A DNA stretch of 24,542 nucleotides from Chitinophagaceae bacterium (GCA_020853515.1 JADYYU010000133.1:1-24542); one strand, 5' to 3'. Counted from the stretch's first letter, positions 16,081 to 24,542 are shown. Notes: generated by a model not told the origin, from the letters alone. Translations and numbers: made by a program.

Positions 16081-17223
16081 ATGAAAAAACATAAATATCA
16101 ATTCTCTATTTTCAATTCACAATTAATTACTTTTATCAAAAAGGAATTCAAGCATGTGTTCCGCGATAAGAAAACATTGCTGATGCTTTTTGGAATGCCC
16201 ACAGCACAGATTATTCTGTTTGGATTTGCGCTTACCAATGAAATCAAAGATTCAAAAGTAGGTGTGCTTGATTTTTCAAAGGATATTGTGAGCAGGCAGA
16301 TCATTGAGAAAATCGATGAAAGCAACTATTTTAATGTGGCCGAAGATCTTAAAAGCATTAAGGATGTAGACGCTGCGTTTAAACAAAATAAGATTCGGGC
16401 AGCGGTGGTTTTTCCTCCCGGTTTTGCAGATGAATTATTACATGGCGGCCATTCGCAGATTCAACTCATCGCCGATGCCAGCGATCCGAATGCCGCTACC
16501 AGTATTACCAATTATTTATCTAACATAATCACCGAGTATCAGTCGCAGCAAACAACAGTCGCAGCGGCGCCGATGCAGATTATGGCGGAGGTGCATATGT
16601 TGTATAATCCAGAATTGAAAGGCGCGCCCAATTTTGTACCGGGTGTGATTGCACTGGTGCTGATGCTGGTTTGTACCATGATGAGTTCTGTGTCGATCGT
16701 AAAAGAAAAGGAACTGGGTACGATGGAGATCTTGCTGGTTTCGCCTTTTAAACCCATCTATATTATTATCTCTAAGCTGATGCCCTTTCTGATCATTTCA
16801 TTATTCAACCTGGCGATCATTCTTGTGTTGAGTGTAACGCTGCTCGATCTGGAAATCAAGGGTAATATCTTTTTGTTGTTTTTTGCCAGTATGCTTTTTA
16901 TCATTACTTCGTTAGCCATCGGGCTGTTGATTTCTACTACTGCGAAGACCCAGCAAAATGCCATGATGATCTCGCTGATGGGTATGATGTTACCTACCAT
17001 GCTGCTGACCGGATTTATGTTTCCTATCGAAAATATGCCGATCGTATTAAGGGGCTTGTCGAACATAGTGCCTTCGCGCTGGTTTTTTATTATCATTAAA
17101 AATGTAATGCTGAAAGGCCTGGGCATTGCTTCGATCTGGAAAGAACTGCTTATACTCACTGCTATGTGTGTTGGCTTACTGACACTTAGTATCAAAAAAT
17201 TTAAAATCCGTTTACAGGAATGA
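16081..17223 (+). CDS. ABC-2 type exporter permease (YbhS-like)
   Basis: FIKKEFKHVFRD, an N-terminal TM segment, a periplasmic domain with IADASDPN, YNPEL...NFVPG, SIVKEKELGTMEILLVSP, five further TM segments and LTGFMFPIENMP. Confidence 0.94.
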   Translation: MKKHKYQFSIFNSQLITFIKKEFKHVFRDKKTLLMLFGMPTAQIILFGFALTNEIKDSKVGVLDFSKDIVSRQIIEKIDESNYFNVAEDLKSIKDVDAAFKQNKIRAAVVFPPGFADELLHGGHSQIQLIADASDPNAATSITNYLSNIITEYQSQQTTVAAAPMQIMAEVHMLYNPELKGAPNFVPGVIALVLMLVCTMMSSVSIVKEKELGTMEILLVSPFKPIYIIISKLMPFLIISLFNLAIILVLSVTLLDLEIKGNIFLLFFASMLFIITSLAIGLLISTTAKTQQNAMMISLMGMMLPTMLLTGFMFPIENMPIVLRGLSNIVPSRWFFIIIKNVMLKGLGIASIWKELLILTAMCVGLLTLSIKKFKIRLQE

Positions 17224-18338
17224 GGTCACTTTATTTTTTACTCGAAAAAGAATTCAAACAAATGTTCCGGAGCAAGGGCTTACTCCGAACCTTATTTATT
17301 GCGCCTGTCATACAATTGATACTGATGCCGATGGCCGCCAATTATTCAGTGAAAAATATTTCACTGGCCATTGTCGATCACGATCATTCATCAGTCTCTC
17401 AAAAGCTAATTTCAAAAGTAACTGCTTCAGGTCATTTTCAACTGGTGGCCTATTGCAATAATAATAATGAAGCACTCGAGCTTATTGAGCATGATAAGGC
17501 AGATCTTATCCTTGAAATTCCTAATAAATTTGAGCAGAATCTGGTACGTGAAAATGTGCAAAAACTCAATGTGCAGATCAATGCGATAGAAGGGGTGAAA
17601 GCCGGACTGGGCGGTGGTTATCTGGCTAGTATTATCGGTGATTTCAATACTGAGGCCCGCATTCGGACTGTGCAGCCGGCTCATATTCAGCAGGGGGCTG
17701 CGATCAGTATTATGCCCGTCAACTGGTACAATCAGTTTTTAAATTATTACCTCTTTATCGTACCCGGTATCCTGGTTAATCTGATTACCGGTATCGGTAT
17801 TATGCAGGCTGCTTTTAATCTGGTAAAAGAGAAAGAGATAGGTACCATTGAGCAGATCAATGTAACCCCGATCAAAAAGCAATACTTTATTTTAGGTAAG
17901 CTGTTGCCTTTTTATGCATTGTCGATCATTATTTTTACGGTGGGGTTGCTGGTGAGTTATGTATTTTATAATGTATTTCCTGTCGGAAGTTTTGGTACCA
18001 TGTATGTTAGTTTATTTGCCTACCTTTTTGCCTTGCTCGGTTTTGGATTGCTGTTGTCGACCTATTCTGAAACCCAGCAGCAAACCATGTCGCTGGCTTT
18101 CTTTTTTCTCAATGTTCTGAATATGATGAGTGGTTTGTTTACCAGCATCGATAGTATGCCGCAATGGGCAAAAGTGGTAACAGGCTGTTTTCCGGTGAGT
18201 CATTTTATACAAACCATGCGCATGATTATGCTGAAAGGCAGCACGCTGTCCGACGTTAGTTTTCACCTCTGGGCCATGGTGGGTATTGGTATTGTGTTTA
18301 ATGGCTGGGCCGTGCTGAACTACCGAAAGCGGAGCTAA
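17220..18338 (+). CDS. ABC-2 type exporter permease (YbhR-like)
   Basis: LLEKEFKQMFR, LAIVDHDHS, FIVPGIL, VKEKEIGTIEQINVTPI, SGLFTSIDSMPQWA and multiple TM segments. ATGA overlap with the previous stop. Confidence 0.94.
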   Translation: MRSLYFLLEKEFKQMFRSKGLLRTLFIAPVIQLILMPMAANYSVKNISLAIVDHDHSSVSQKLISKVTASGHFQLVAYCNNNNEALELIEHDKADLILEIPNKFEQNLVRENVQKLNVQINAIEGVKAGLGGGYLASIIGDFNTEARIRTVQPAHIQQGAAISIMPVNWYNQFLNYYLFIVPGILVNLITGIGIMQAAFNLVKEKEIGTIEQINVTPIKKQYFILGKLLPFYALSIIIFTVGLLVSYVFYNVFPVGSFGTMYVSLFAYLFALLGFGLLLSTYSETQQQTMSLAFFFLNVLNMMSGLFTSIDSMPQWAKVVTGCFPVSHFIQTMRMIMLKGSTLSDVSFHLWAMVGIGIVFNGWAVLNYRKRS

Positions 18339-18511
18339 AAAACGACAAAGGCAACAAATACTTTCGCTTGTTAAAATATTCGCTTTCTTATGACAAACAT
18401 TAAAAGCCTGATTTTTTGGGAGCCTTTCTATCAAATGAAATGATGAATGATTGTCTTCTGCCAGAGCATAACTCAGGCGCCCGGATAGATTGCAGATCGC
18501 TGAAATTGGTT

Positions 18512-21500
18512 TTACATAAGCGGAATATAGATATCAAATCTGGCACCTTTGTTTACTTCGCCCTTCGCAGTGATGAACCCGTGATGATTTTCGACAATTT
18601 TCTTAACAATCGCCAGTCCGATGCCTGTACCTGAATATTCTGAACGGCCATGTAAACGTTGAAATACTTCAAATATTTTTTCATTGTACTGTTGATCAAA
18701 ACCTATTCCATTATCAGTAACAGTAATATGATAATAATCGGTATCCTTCACAAGTCTTTCCTCCGGCAGGCTGTTTGCCGGCCTGATCTCGCTGATGATG
18801 GTAATAACAGGTGGCAGGCCGGGCTGAGAAAATTTCAGTGAATTGCTGAGCAAATTATACAAGAGCTGTCTGAACTGAAATGGAATAATATTGAGATCTC
18901 CGGCTTCCTGAATTTGGATGCTAGCCTGCTTTTGATCCAGTATCTCTCCCAGGTCTTCCTTTACTTCATCCACAATGCTGCTGATACTGGCCATTTCAAA
19001 TTTTCTTTCCTGTATATTGGTGCGGGAAAAAGTCAGCAGATCATTGATCAGGGTTTGCATGCGCTGCGCGGAATTTTGCATTTTCCGAAACTTTTCTTTT
19101 CCATGATCAGAAAGGCGTTCAAATTCTCTTTCCATAATTTGAGTGGCGAATGTTTGAATTTTTCGCAAAGGCTCCTGCAGGTCATGGCTCGAAATGTATG
19201 CAAACGACTGCAGCTCTTTATTCATTTTTGCCAGGTCAATATTATTTTGTTCGAGCTCCTGCGTACGTTCAGCTACTTGCTTTTCAAGTTCGTGGGTAAA
19301 GGCTCGGTCGGTATGTATATCCGTAAAGGCACCCACCCATTTGATGATATTATTTTCTTTATTATAAACGGGTTCCCCGATCACAGAATGCCATCTGTAG
19401 TATCCGTCTTTTCCTCTCACTCGTACATCGCATTTATAAGCTGCCCCGGTGGACAGACTGTGATTCCAGATTCGTGCATTCTGTTCATAATCATCGGGAT
19501 GTATAATGGCTTTCCACTCCGCTTCACCGGCAGGTTCAATGCCTGTATATTCAATCCATTTGCCTGAGGCAAAAAGAGCGTTTCCTTTTTCATCTGTTTC
19601 CCAGATGAGCTGCGGGATACTCTCGGTGAGCGAACGAAATCGCTTTTCGCTTTCTTCAATTTTTTTTCTGGCTTCTACTTTCTCCGTCACGTCAATCACG
19701 GTGATTTTAATACCGGAAATAATATTGTCTGACTCCCGCAAAGGGGCATATTCAAAATCGATATAGTAGTGTATTGGCTGCTGATCGTTTCGGACATACA
19801 GCAACGATTCTGTTTCAGCATGCACAATACCGGTGGTGTACACAGCATGTAACAACGCGGCATATTTTTGATTACTGAGTTCAGGAAAAATATCAAGCAG
19901 TTTTTTACCCTTCACTTCATTTTCATCCTTATGCCATATTTTTTTCAACAAAGCAAAATTAGCTACCTCACTCACCAGATCCTTGCCCCGCAGGATTGCT
20001 TTTGGTATCGGTGATTGCATCACCAGATTTCGGAAACGATGTTCACTTTGCTCCAATTCCTGCTGATGCGTTTTAAGAGCCGTAATATCACGGATGGTGC
20101 CGATCAGTTTTTCCGGTTGCCGATGATCATCATAAAACACTTTGCCTTTTCCTTCCATCCAATGCACCGATCGGTCTTGCCAGATTACGCGGGCTTCATA
20201 ATTCAGATAGCCGCTACTGAGAGCCTGTTTAAACGCTTTCTCCCTGATGTGCAGATCGTCAGGATGCAAATGAGCCAGTAACTGCTGATGCGTTAAGACC
20301 ACTTCCTTATCGTAACCACCAATGATTTCAAGGTAGCGTTGTGAGTATCGGGGTACATGGGTTTTGGCATTCAGCTCCCAAATACCCAGTTCACTGGCTT
20401 CGACTACAATATTGAGCCGCTCTTCATTTTGCTCTGTTTTTTTACGGGCTTGTACTTTTTCGGTGACTTCTGTTGCGGTTACGATGATTCCGGAGTTTGA
20501 GCCATCCATTTCTTTCAAAGGTTTGTACAAAAAGTCGAAATAGAAAATATCAAGTTGCTCATTTCGTTTCAGGGGTACGGGTACTTCATAACCATGATAA
20601 GGAATACCGGTGCTCAACACATCATCCAGCAGCGCTTTCACAGTGTCTCTCACTTCAGGTATTGCATCAAATAGCTGTTTGCCCACAAGGTCCTCCTCAT
20701 GTCTGTCTACCAGTTGCAGATACGATTCGTTGGCCATTTCTACCACATAATCAGCCCCTCTTAAAATGGCGATACCTACAGGTGCTTGCTTAACGGTATT
20801 CCGAAATCTTTTGTCAGCTTCTTCCACCTTATGCCGGGCCATTACCTGCTGTGTATTATCCAGCACCCAAACAATCACTTTTTTTACTACACCTTCCCTG
20901 CTTTTGAGTGGTGCATACACAAAGGTTACGTAGATGGTTTCTTTTTTCCCGTGCCTGATCAGCAACATTTCCACTTCGTTGGCAAAATAAGGAATGCCTT
21001 CGTCTACTACACGTTGCAGGGCCTCTTCATAAGATGGTTTCGCTTCTGCAAAAGTATCCCAATAGTATTTGCCGGCTATTTCTTCTTGTCGTTTCCCGGC
21101 TATTTCGATAAAGCTGTCATTTACGATCTCACTTACCAGCGTATGGCCGTCGAGCACGCAAATACCAATTGGGGATTGCAAAACCAGGTTTCGCAGGTTT
21201 TGTTCGCTTTCTTCAATTTTTTGAGTCGCGATATTCAGATCAGTGAGGTCAACGCCCGTATTCACTACCCCATAAATTTGACCTTGCAGGTCGTACAACG
21301 GCGTAAAGCTGTAATTAAAAAAAAAGGTATCACTCACACCGTTCACAACAAGGGTTAAGGGTGTATTTTTAGTATGAAACGCAATACCGGTTTTGAGTAC
21401 TTCCCTGATTTGTTCAAAAACCTGTTGATTTTCAAGTTCGGGTAAAATTTCTGTAAATGATTTTCCGATTACCTGATTTCCTTTGCCCCAGATATTAATA

Positions 21501-22492
21501 ATCGATTGATTGGCGAGTTCGATCCGCATGTCACTTCCTGCATAAACGGCAATCGGAAAGGGTGCATTTTCAACCAGGGTTCTGACACGATGCTCACTTT
21601 CTTCCGCTTTGGCACGGGATACTACCTGGGCTGTAACGTCGGTAGCGATGGCTACTATGCCTGAAATATAGCCATCAGTTTCGCGCAGGGGTTCATATAC
21701 AAAATTGATGTAGATCATTTCCAGTTCCCCGTTCCGGGGCAATTTCACGGGGCGTTCGTTGGCGAAATATTTTTCACCGCTTGTGAAAACCATCTCCAGC
21801 AGCACTTCAAGACCCTGATCTCTTGCTTCGGGCAGGCCTTCAAAAATGGGTTTATTCATGACTGCGGGTGCAGTAGTACCCCAAAGCTCCAGCATTTTTT
21901 CATTGGCGATTTCTACCACATGGTTTTTTCCGCGAAATATACACATGGCTACCGGGGCCTGCATGATATTATTGATGAAGCGTTTATTGCTTTCTTTCAA
22001 TGCAAGGGCAGCCGCCCTCTTTTCGGTGGTTTCAACAACCGTAACCAGCACGCCACCCACTTCACCATTATCTTTTTTGATCGGACTATAAGAAAAATCG
22101 AAATAGCATTCTTCCATAAAGCCATTTCTATTCAGAAGCAGTTTAAAATCCGGAAAACCCACGGCCTGTCCCTCCATCACACCATCAAACATCGGACCGA
22201 TAGTAGGCCATATTTCGGCAAAAGTTTCACGGGTGCTAATGCCCAATGCATGGGGGTGTTTGGTAGTTCCCAATATAGGCCGGTAAGCATCATTGTAAAG
22301 CTGTGTGTAATCGTGACCCCAGGCAATATACATAGCAAAGGGGTTATTCAGCATCACAGCCATCATCGTCCGCAAACTTTCAGGCCAGGTATCAGGTGTT
22401 CCCAAGGAAGTTTTACTCCAGTCTTTAGCGCGCATCATTTCGCCCATTTCGCCTCCTCCGGCTAAAAAATAAAAATCGTTATTCGGATTCAC
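18512..22492 (-). CDS. Soluble multi-PAS sensor histidine kinase (8 PAS/PAC + HisKA + HATPase_c)
   Basis: GTG start. FLAGGGEMG..MRAKDWSKTSLG.P..WP N-terminus, then eight PAS/PAC units joined by E(E/Q)SExRF-type linkers. H-box SHDLQEPLRK, N-box NLLSNSLKF, G1 DNGIGF, F-box IFEVFQRLH, G2 GTGIGL. No TM segment. Confidence 0.96.
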   Translation of the reverse strand: MNPNNDFYFLAGGGEMGEMMRAKDWSKTSLGTPDTWPESLRTMMAVMLNNPFAMYIAWGHDYTQLYNDAYRPILGTTKHPHALGISTRETFAEIWPTIGPMFDGVMEGQAVGFPDFKLLLNRNGFMEECYFDFSYSPIKKDNGEVGGVLVTVVETTEKRAAALALKESNKRFINNIMQAPVAMCIFRGKNHVVEIANEKMLELWGTTAPAVMNKPIFEGLPEARDQGLEVLLEMVFTSGEKYFANERPVKLPRNGELEMIYINFVYEPLRETDGYISGIVAIATDVTAQVVSRAKAEESEHRVRTLVENAPFPIAVYAGSDMRIELANQSIINIWGKGNQVIGKSFTEILPELENQQVFEQIREVLKTGIAFHTKNTPLTLVVNGVSDTFFFNYSFTPLYDLQGQIYGVVNTGVDLTDLNIATQKIEESEQNLRNLVLQSPIGICVLDGHTLVSEIVNDSFIEIAGKRQEEIAGKYYWDTFAEAKPSYEEALQRVVDEGIPYFANEVEMLLIRHGKKETIYVTFVYAPLKSREGVVKKVIVWVLDNTQQVMARHKVEEADKRFRNTVKQAPVGIAILRGADYVVEMANESYLQLVDRHEEDLVGKQLFDAIPEVRDTVKALLDDVLSTGIPYHGYEVPVPLKRNEQLDIFYFDFLYKPLKEMDGSNSGIIVTATEVTEKVQARKKTEQNEERLNIVVEASELGIWELNAKTHVPRYSQRYLEIIGGYDKEVVLTHQQLLAHLHPDDLHIREKAFKQALSSGYLNYEARVIWQDRSVHWMEGKGKVFYDDHRQPEKLIGTIRDITALKTHQQELEQSEHRFRNLVMQSPIPKAILRGKDLVSEVANFALLKKIWHKDENEVKGKKLLDIFPELSNQKYAALLHAVYTTGIVHAETESLLYVRNDQQPIHYYIDFEYAPLRESDNIISGIKITVIDVTEKVEARKKIEESEKRFRSLTESIPQLIWETDEKGNALFASGKWIEYTGIEPAGEAEWKAIIHPDDYEQNARIWNHSLSTGAAYKCDVRVRGKDGYYRWHSVIGEPVYNKENNIIKWVGAFTDIHTDRAFTHELEKQVAERTQELEQNNIDLAKMNKELQSFAYISSHDLQEPLRKIQTFATQIMEREFERLSDHGKEKFRKMQNSAQRMQTLINDLLTFSRTNIQERKFEMASISSIVDEVKEDLGEILDQKQASIQIQEAGDLNIIPFQFRQLLYNLLSNSLKFSQPGLPPVITIISEIRPANSLPEERLVKDTDYYHITVTDNGIGFDQQYNEKIFEVFQRLHGRSEYSGTGIGLAIVKKIVENHHGFITAKGEVNKGARFDIYIPLM

Positions 22493-22709
22493 TGGCTGAT
22501 CTGTTTGTTGATTTAGAAATAAAAAGAGGAGCTGCCGACAGATTAAAAGTAGGTTCTGTCAATTGTTTAACGGCCAGTTTTGTCAAATTGTCAAGCGACA
22601 TAAAATCTTCCGGCTTTTGAGAGTGATATGCTGCGCTGTGTAAGAATGCACGATCATCAGCGACATTGTCAGCCTGCATATATGTATCGTAGTTTTGGTT
22701 CTCCTGCAT
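22479..22709 (-). CDS. Possible small hypothetical protein (76 aa)
   Basis: ATG-started ORF between a TAnnTTTG element and the kinase, with its stop overlapping the kinase start by 14 bp. No recognisable family. Confidence 0.35.
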   Translation of the reverse strand: MQENQNYDTYMQADNVADDRAFLHSAAYHSQKPEDFMSLDNLTKLAVKQLTEPTFNLSAAPLFISKSTNRSASESE

Positions 22710-22773
22710 AATCAGAATGACTTTATAATCCAGAGAAATGCTTACACAATTGCTTGCCGGGCAGATCCTTTTA

Positions 22774-22781
22774 CAAATCTA
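22774..22781 (-). promoter_or_regulatory. Candidate sigma-A -7 element for the small ORF/kinase unit
   Basis: The minus strand reads TAGATTTG, an exact TAnnTTTG, downstream of the terminator and 64 bp before the ATG at 22709. Confidence 0.45.
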
Positions 22782-22874
22782 ATTCATTATTTTCCAAATA
22801 GTATATTCAGTTAAAACAATACAGGCAGCTAGCTGAAGGATTTGGTACAACTGCTTTCAGAATCAGGAAATTTC

Positions 22875-22909
22875 AAAAAAGATAAAGGCTTTCATTTGGT
22901 TGAAAGCCT
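22875..22909 (-). terminator. Intrinsic terminator of the T9SS cargo gene
   Basis: Perfect 9-bp stem AGGCTTTCA/TGAAAGCCT (22886-22894 and 22901-22909) with a 6-nt loop, followed on the minus strand by TTATCTTTTTT. It lies 26 bp past the stop at 22936. Confidence 0.8.
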
Positions 22910-22935
22910 CTTCTTAACGATGCTGTGATCGCAGC

Positions 22936-24186
22936 TTATTCTTTTACAAACAATAATCTGCAGAGTTGCTTGTTTTCTTCTACCAACAGTGCATAGACAC
23001 CGGGTGTGAGCATTTGAGTGCTGATCTGATTACCCTGATGTACGATGCCGCTTTGTGCAAGGCGACCGTCAGCCGTCATAATATAGTATTTGCTGCCGTT
23101 TACATCATGCGTTAATTGCAGCAGACCGCTCGACGGATTAGGGAAGATCATCAGAGCCTGTTTATTTTGCAGATCGGCCACTTCATTGGGCATCATATCA
23201 TAATAATAGTTGGTCACACCGTGGTAGGGATCAGGCTGCCATTGCATGTTATTTGGGTTAATGGTGTAACCATAAGTGCGCAACAACAGGCCATTTTGAT
23301 ATACACAGGCAATTTTTACCGTTGTATCAAACTGCTGCGTGGCCTGATTCCATAATTGCGAAAACAGGGTATCAATTTCTGAATTATTATTTCTTGTCCA
23401 TTGATCCCGACTTGAATTGGTATAAGTCTGCAGATTATTATCGAAGCTAAACCACTGTTTGAGGATCAGGTACTGGCTGGCATTATAGTTAGATACCACT
23501 TTTCCTTGTTTGTACCAGGTGCCGGCAAGCCATATAAAATGGACTACACTATCGGAATTATTATTGGCGTTATAATAATGCATGGTTTTGCCTTGCAGGT
23601 TATAGTTCACTGAATCAGTGCTGTTATACGACCATTGCTCACTCAGATTATTACCTGCATAAATATTCACACTTTTATAGCCGCTGCTGAAGGCCCCGGC
23701 ATTATCGAGGTTAATAGTATAGGTGGTATCTTGCTGATTCTGGGCATTGGTATGGTAGTAATATTTGCCAGACACATGCGAAGCATTATTGGGGATGTCA
23801 ATAAAAGTAAAGTAGGATGAATCGAGCTGTGCACCATTAAAATAATGATGGTGATTGAAACCGATTGTGGGTATTCCGTTTGTATATCCTTCTCCGCTCG
23901 ACTCCTGTACTTTTGTGTATCCCGCATCGTACATTTCTCTTGAAATCCCATTCAGGGTAAGCGCTGCACCGCTGAAGCTCAGCATCGAATCCATTTTATA
24001 ACTGACATTGCCGGAAGTGATATCCTGCAATGCCGTGCTCGGGTTGGCGGCTTTGTAAAACATAGCAGCAGAATCGCCCATCACGTATCCGGTAGAATCG
24101 TGGTAATAGGTGCTGCGGCCAATGAGTTTTTGTGATTTTGCGGACAGGCTGATGCAGGTCAGCAGAATGAATAAAATATTTTTCAT
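22936..24186 (-). CDS. T9SS type A sorting domain-containing protein with ~30-aa beta-hairpin repeats (416 aa)
   Basis: Signal peptide MKNILFILLTCISLSAKSQ. C-terminal IFPNPSSG...TADGR...PGVYAL...LFVKE sorting domain. The centre is N/Y/W-rich and repetitive. Confidence 0.9.
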   Translation of the reverse strand: MKNILFILLTCISLSAKSQKLIGRSTYYHDSTGYVMGDSAAMFYKAANPSTALQDITSGNVSYKMDSMLSFSGAALTLNGISREMYDAGYTKVQESSGEGYTNGIPTIGFNHHHYFNGAQLDSSYFTFIDIPNNASHVSGKYYYHTNAQNQQDTTYTINLDNAGAFSSGYKSVNIYAGNNLSEQWSYNSTDSVNYNLQGKTMHYYNANNNSDSVVHFIWLAGTWYKQGKVVSNYNASQYLILKQWFSFDNNLQTYTNSSRDQWTRNNNSEIDTLFSQLWNQATQQFDTTVKIACVYQNGLLLRTYGYTINPNNMQWQPDPYHGVTNYYYDMMPNEVADLQNKQALMIFPNPSSGLLQLTHDVNGSKYYIMTADGRLAQSGIVHQGNQISTQMLTPGVYALLVEENKQLCRLLFVKE

Positions 24187-24426
24187 AGGTAAAATTTTTA
24201 ACTACAAAAAAAAGAAATGAGTTTTTAATGGCAATACCCGCTTCAGGGTATATTTTATTTTTTTATCACAAGTAAAATGTGAAATGATCGGTAGTGAATC
24301 TGAGTGCAATCATGCCTTCTGCTTAAAATTTGTGGCACTCAGCAGGACACATTTTATTGGCTTCTGTGTGGTGTGATAAGCAAGGGGAGGCCTGTCAGAT
24401 GAGAAATCAGATCATTTGCCGGCAGG

Positions 24427-24481
24427 CATCATCAGGCCCGGAGAAACGGCTGCAGGGCTGTTTTCAAATAGCCTGATGATG
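24427..24481. repeat. Perfect 11-bp inverted repeat enclosing an inner hairpin
   Basis: CATCATCAGGC (24427-24437) and GCCTGATGATG (24471-24481) are exact reverse complements. Confidence 0.75.
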
Positions 24482-24542
24482 TGAAAGCGTCACTGACCGT
24501 TAGAATTGATAAAAGGTTAAACATACTTAAATATTCAAAAAC

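Noticed and set aside
18339-18634. ORF 18416-18634 and a possible terminator between the convergent permease and kinase genes
   Set aside because: The ORF overlaps the kinase antisense and has no motifs. The AGCCT copies at about 18405 and 18421 are direct, not inverted, so no hairpin forms.
9624-21325. Homopolymer runs of 9 nt in coding regions (9624-9632 in the transglutaminase-like gene, 21317-21325 in the kinase) as phase-variation switches
   Set aside because: Both genes are in frame, the runs encode ordinary Lys-Lys or Phe-Phe-Phe, and A/T runs of 8-9 nt are frequent throughout this AT-rich window.
18659-22465. Long plus-strand ORFs (e.g. 18914-19567, 20786-21358, 21920-22465) opposite the kinase
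   Set aside because: They are antisense shadows of a clearly coding gene, with no recognisable motifs, promoter or initiation context.
764-24000. Remaining short ORFs in the six-frame track that overlap called genes
   Set aside because: They are nested or antisense to well-supported CDS and have no protein-family signal.
24443-24492. Hammerhead-ribozyme-like words CTGATGA (24473-24479) and GAAA (24443-24446, 24483-24486)
   Set aside because: The required stems do not form. Only 3 nt separate CTGATGA from the downstream GAAA, and with the upstream GAAA neither stem I nor stem II pairs. On the minus strand the stem after CTGATGA is followed by AATG, not GAAA.
1-24542. CRISPR array, tRNA/rRNA, IS element, integrase or prophage
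   Set aside because: I saw no regularly spaced direct repeats, cloverleaf or rRNA signatures, or transposase/recombinase motifs, and no obvious compositional break by eye.

Overview
A 24.5 kb chromosomal segment from a Bacteroidota bacterium (T9SS C-terminal sorting domains, TAnnTTTG promoter elements; a Chitinophagales-like origin is only an impression). It holds about 21 well-supported CDS: a 5'-truncated holA, a secreted hypothetical protein, a TonB C-terminal domain protein and a DinB/DUF1569 protein divergent from an IscA/HesB gene, a PH-domain membrane protein, two T9SS cargo proteins of unknown function, a signal-peptide-bearing patatin, pheS, an NAD-dependent epimerase, a secreted transglutaminase-like protein lacking its catalytic Cys, a small secreted protein, a complete TetR-TolC-HlyD-2xATPase-2xpermease ABC exporter operon, and a soluble 8-PAS histidine kinase with no response regulator in view. 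I found no rRNA, tRNA, CRISPR array, transposase, integrase or phage gene. No clear-cut novel multi-gene system is demonstrable from sequence alone. The best leads are the Cys-less transglutaminase-fold/coiled-coil secreted protein and its small neighbour, a nested stem-loop element at the right end, a probably leaderless pheS, an in-frame mini-ORF and heptamer repeats inside the efflux operon, and a possible 76-aa ORF coupled to the kinase. All family assignments come from motif recognition, not database searches.
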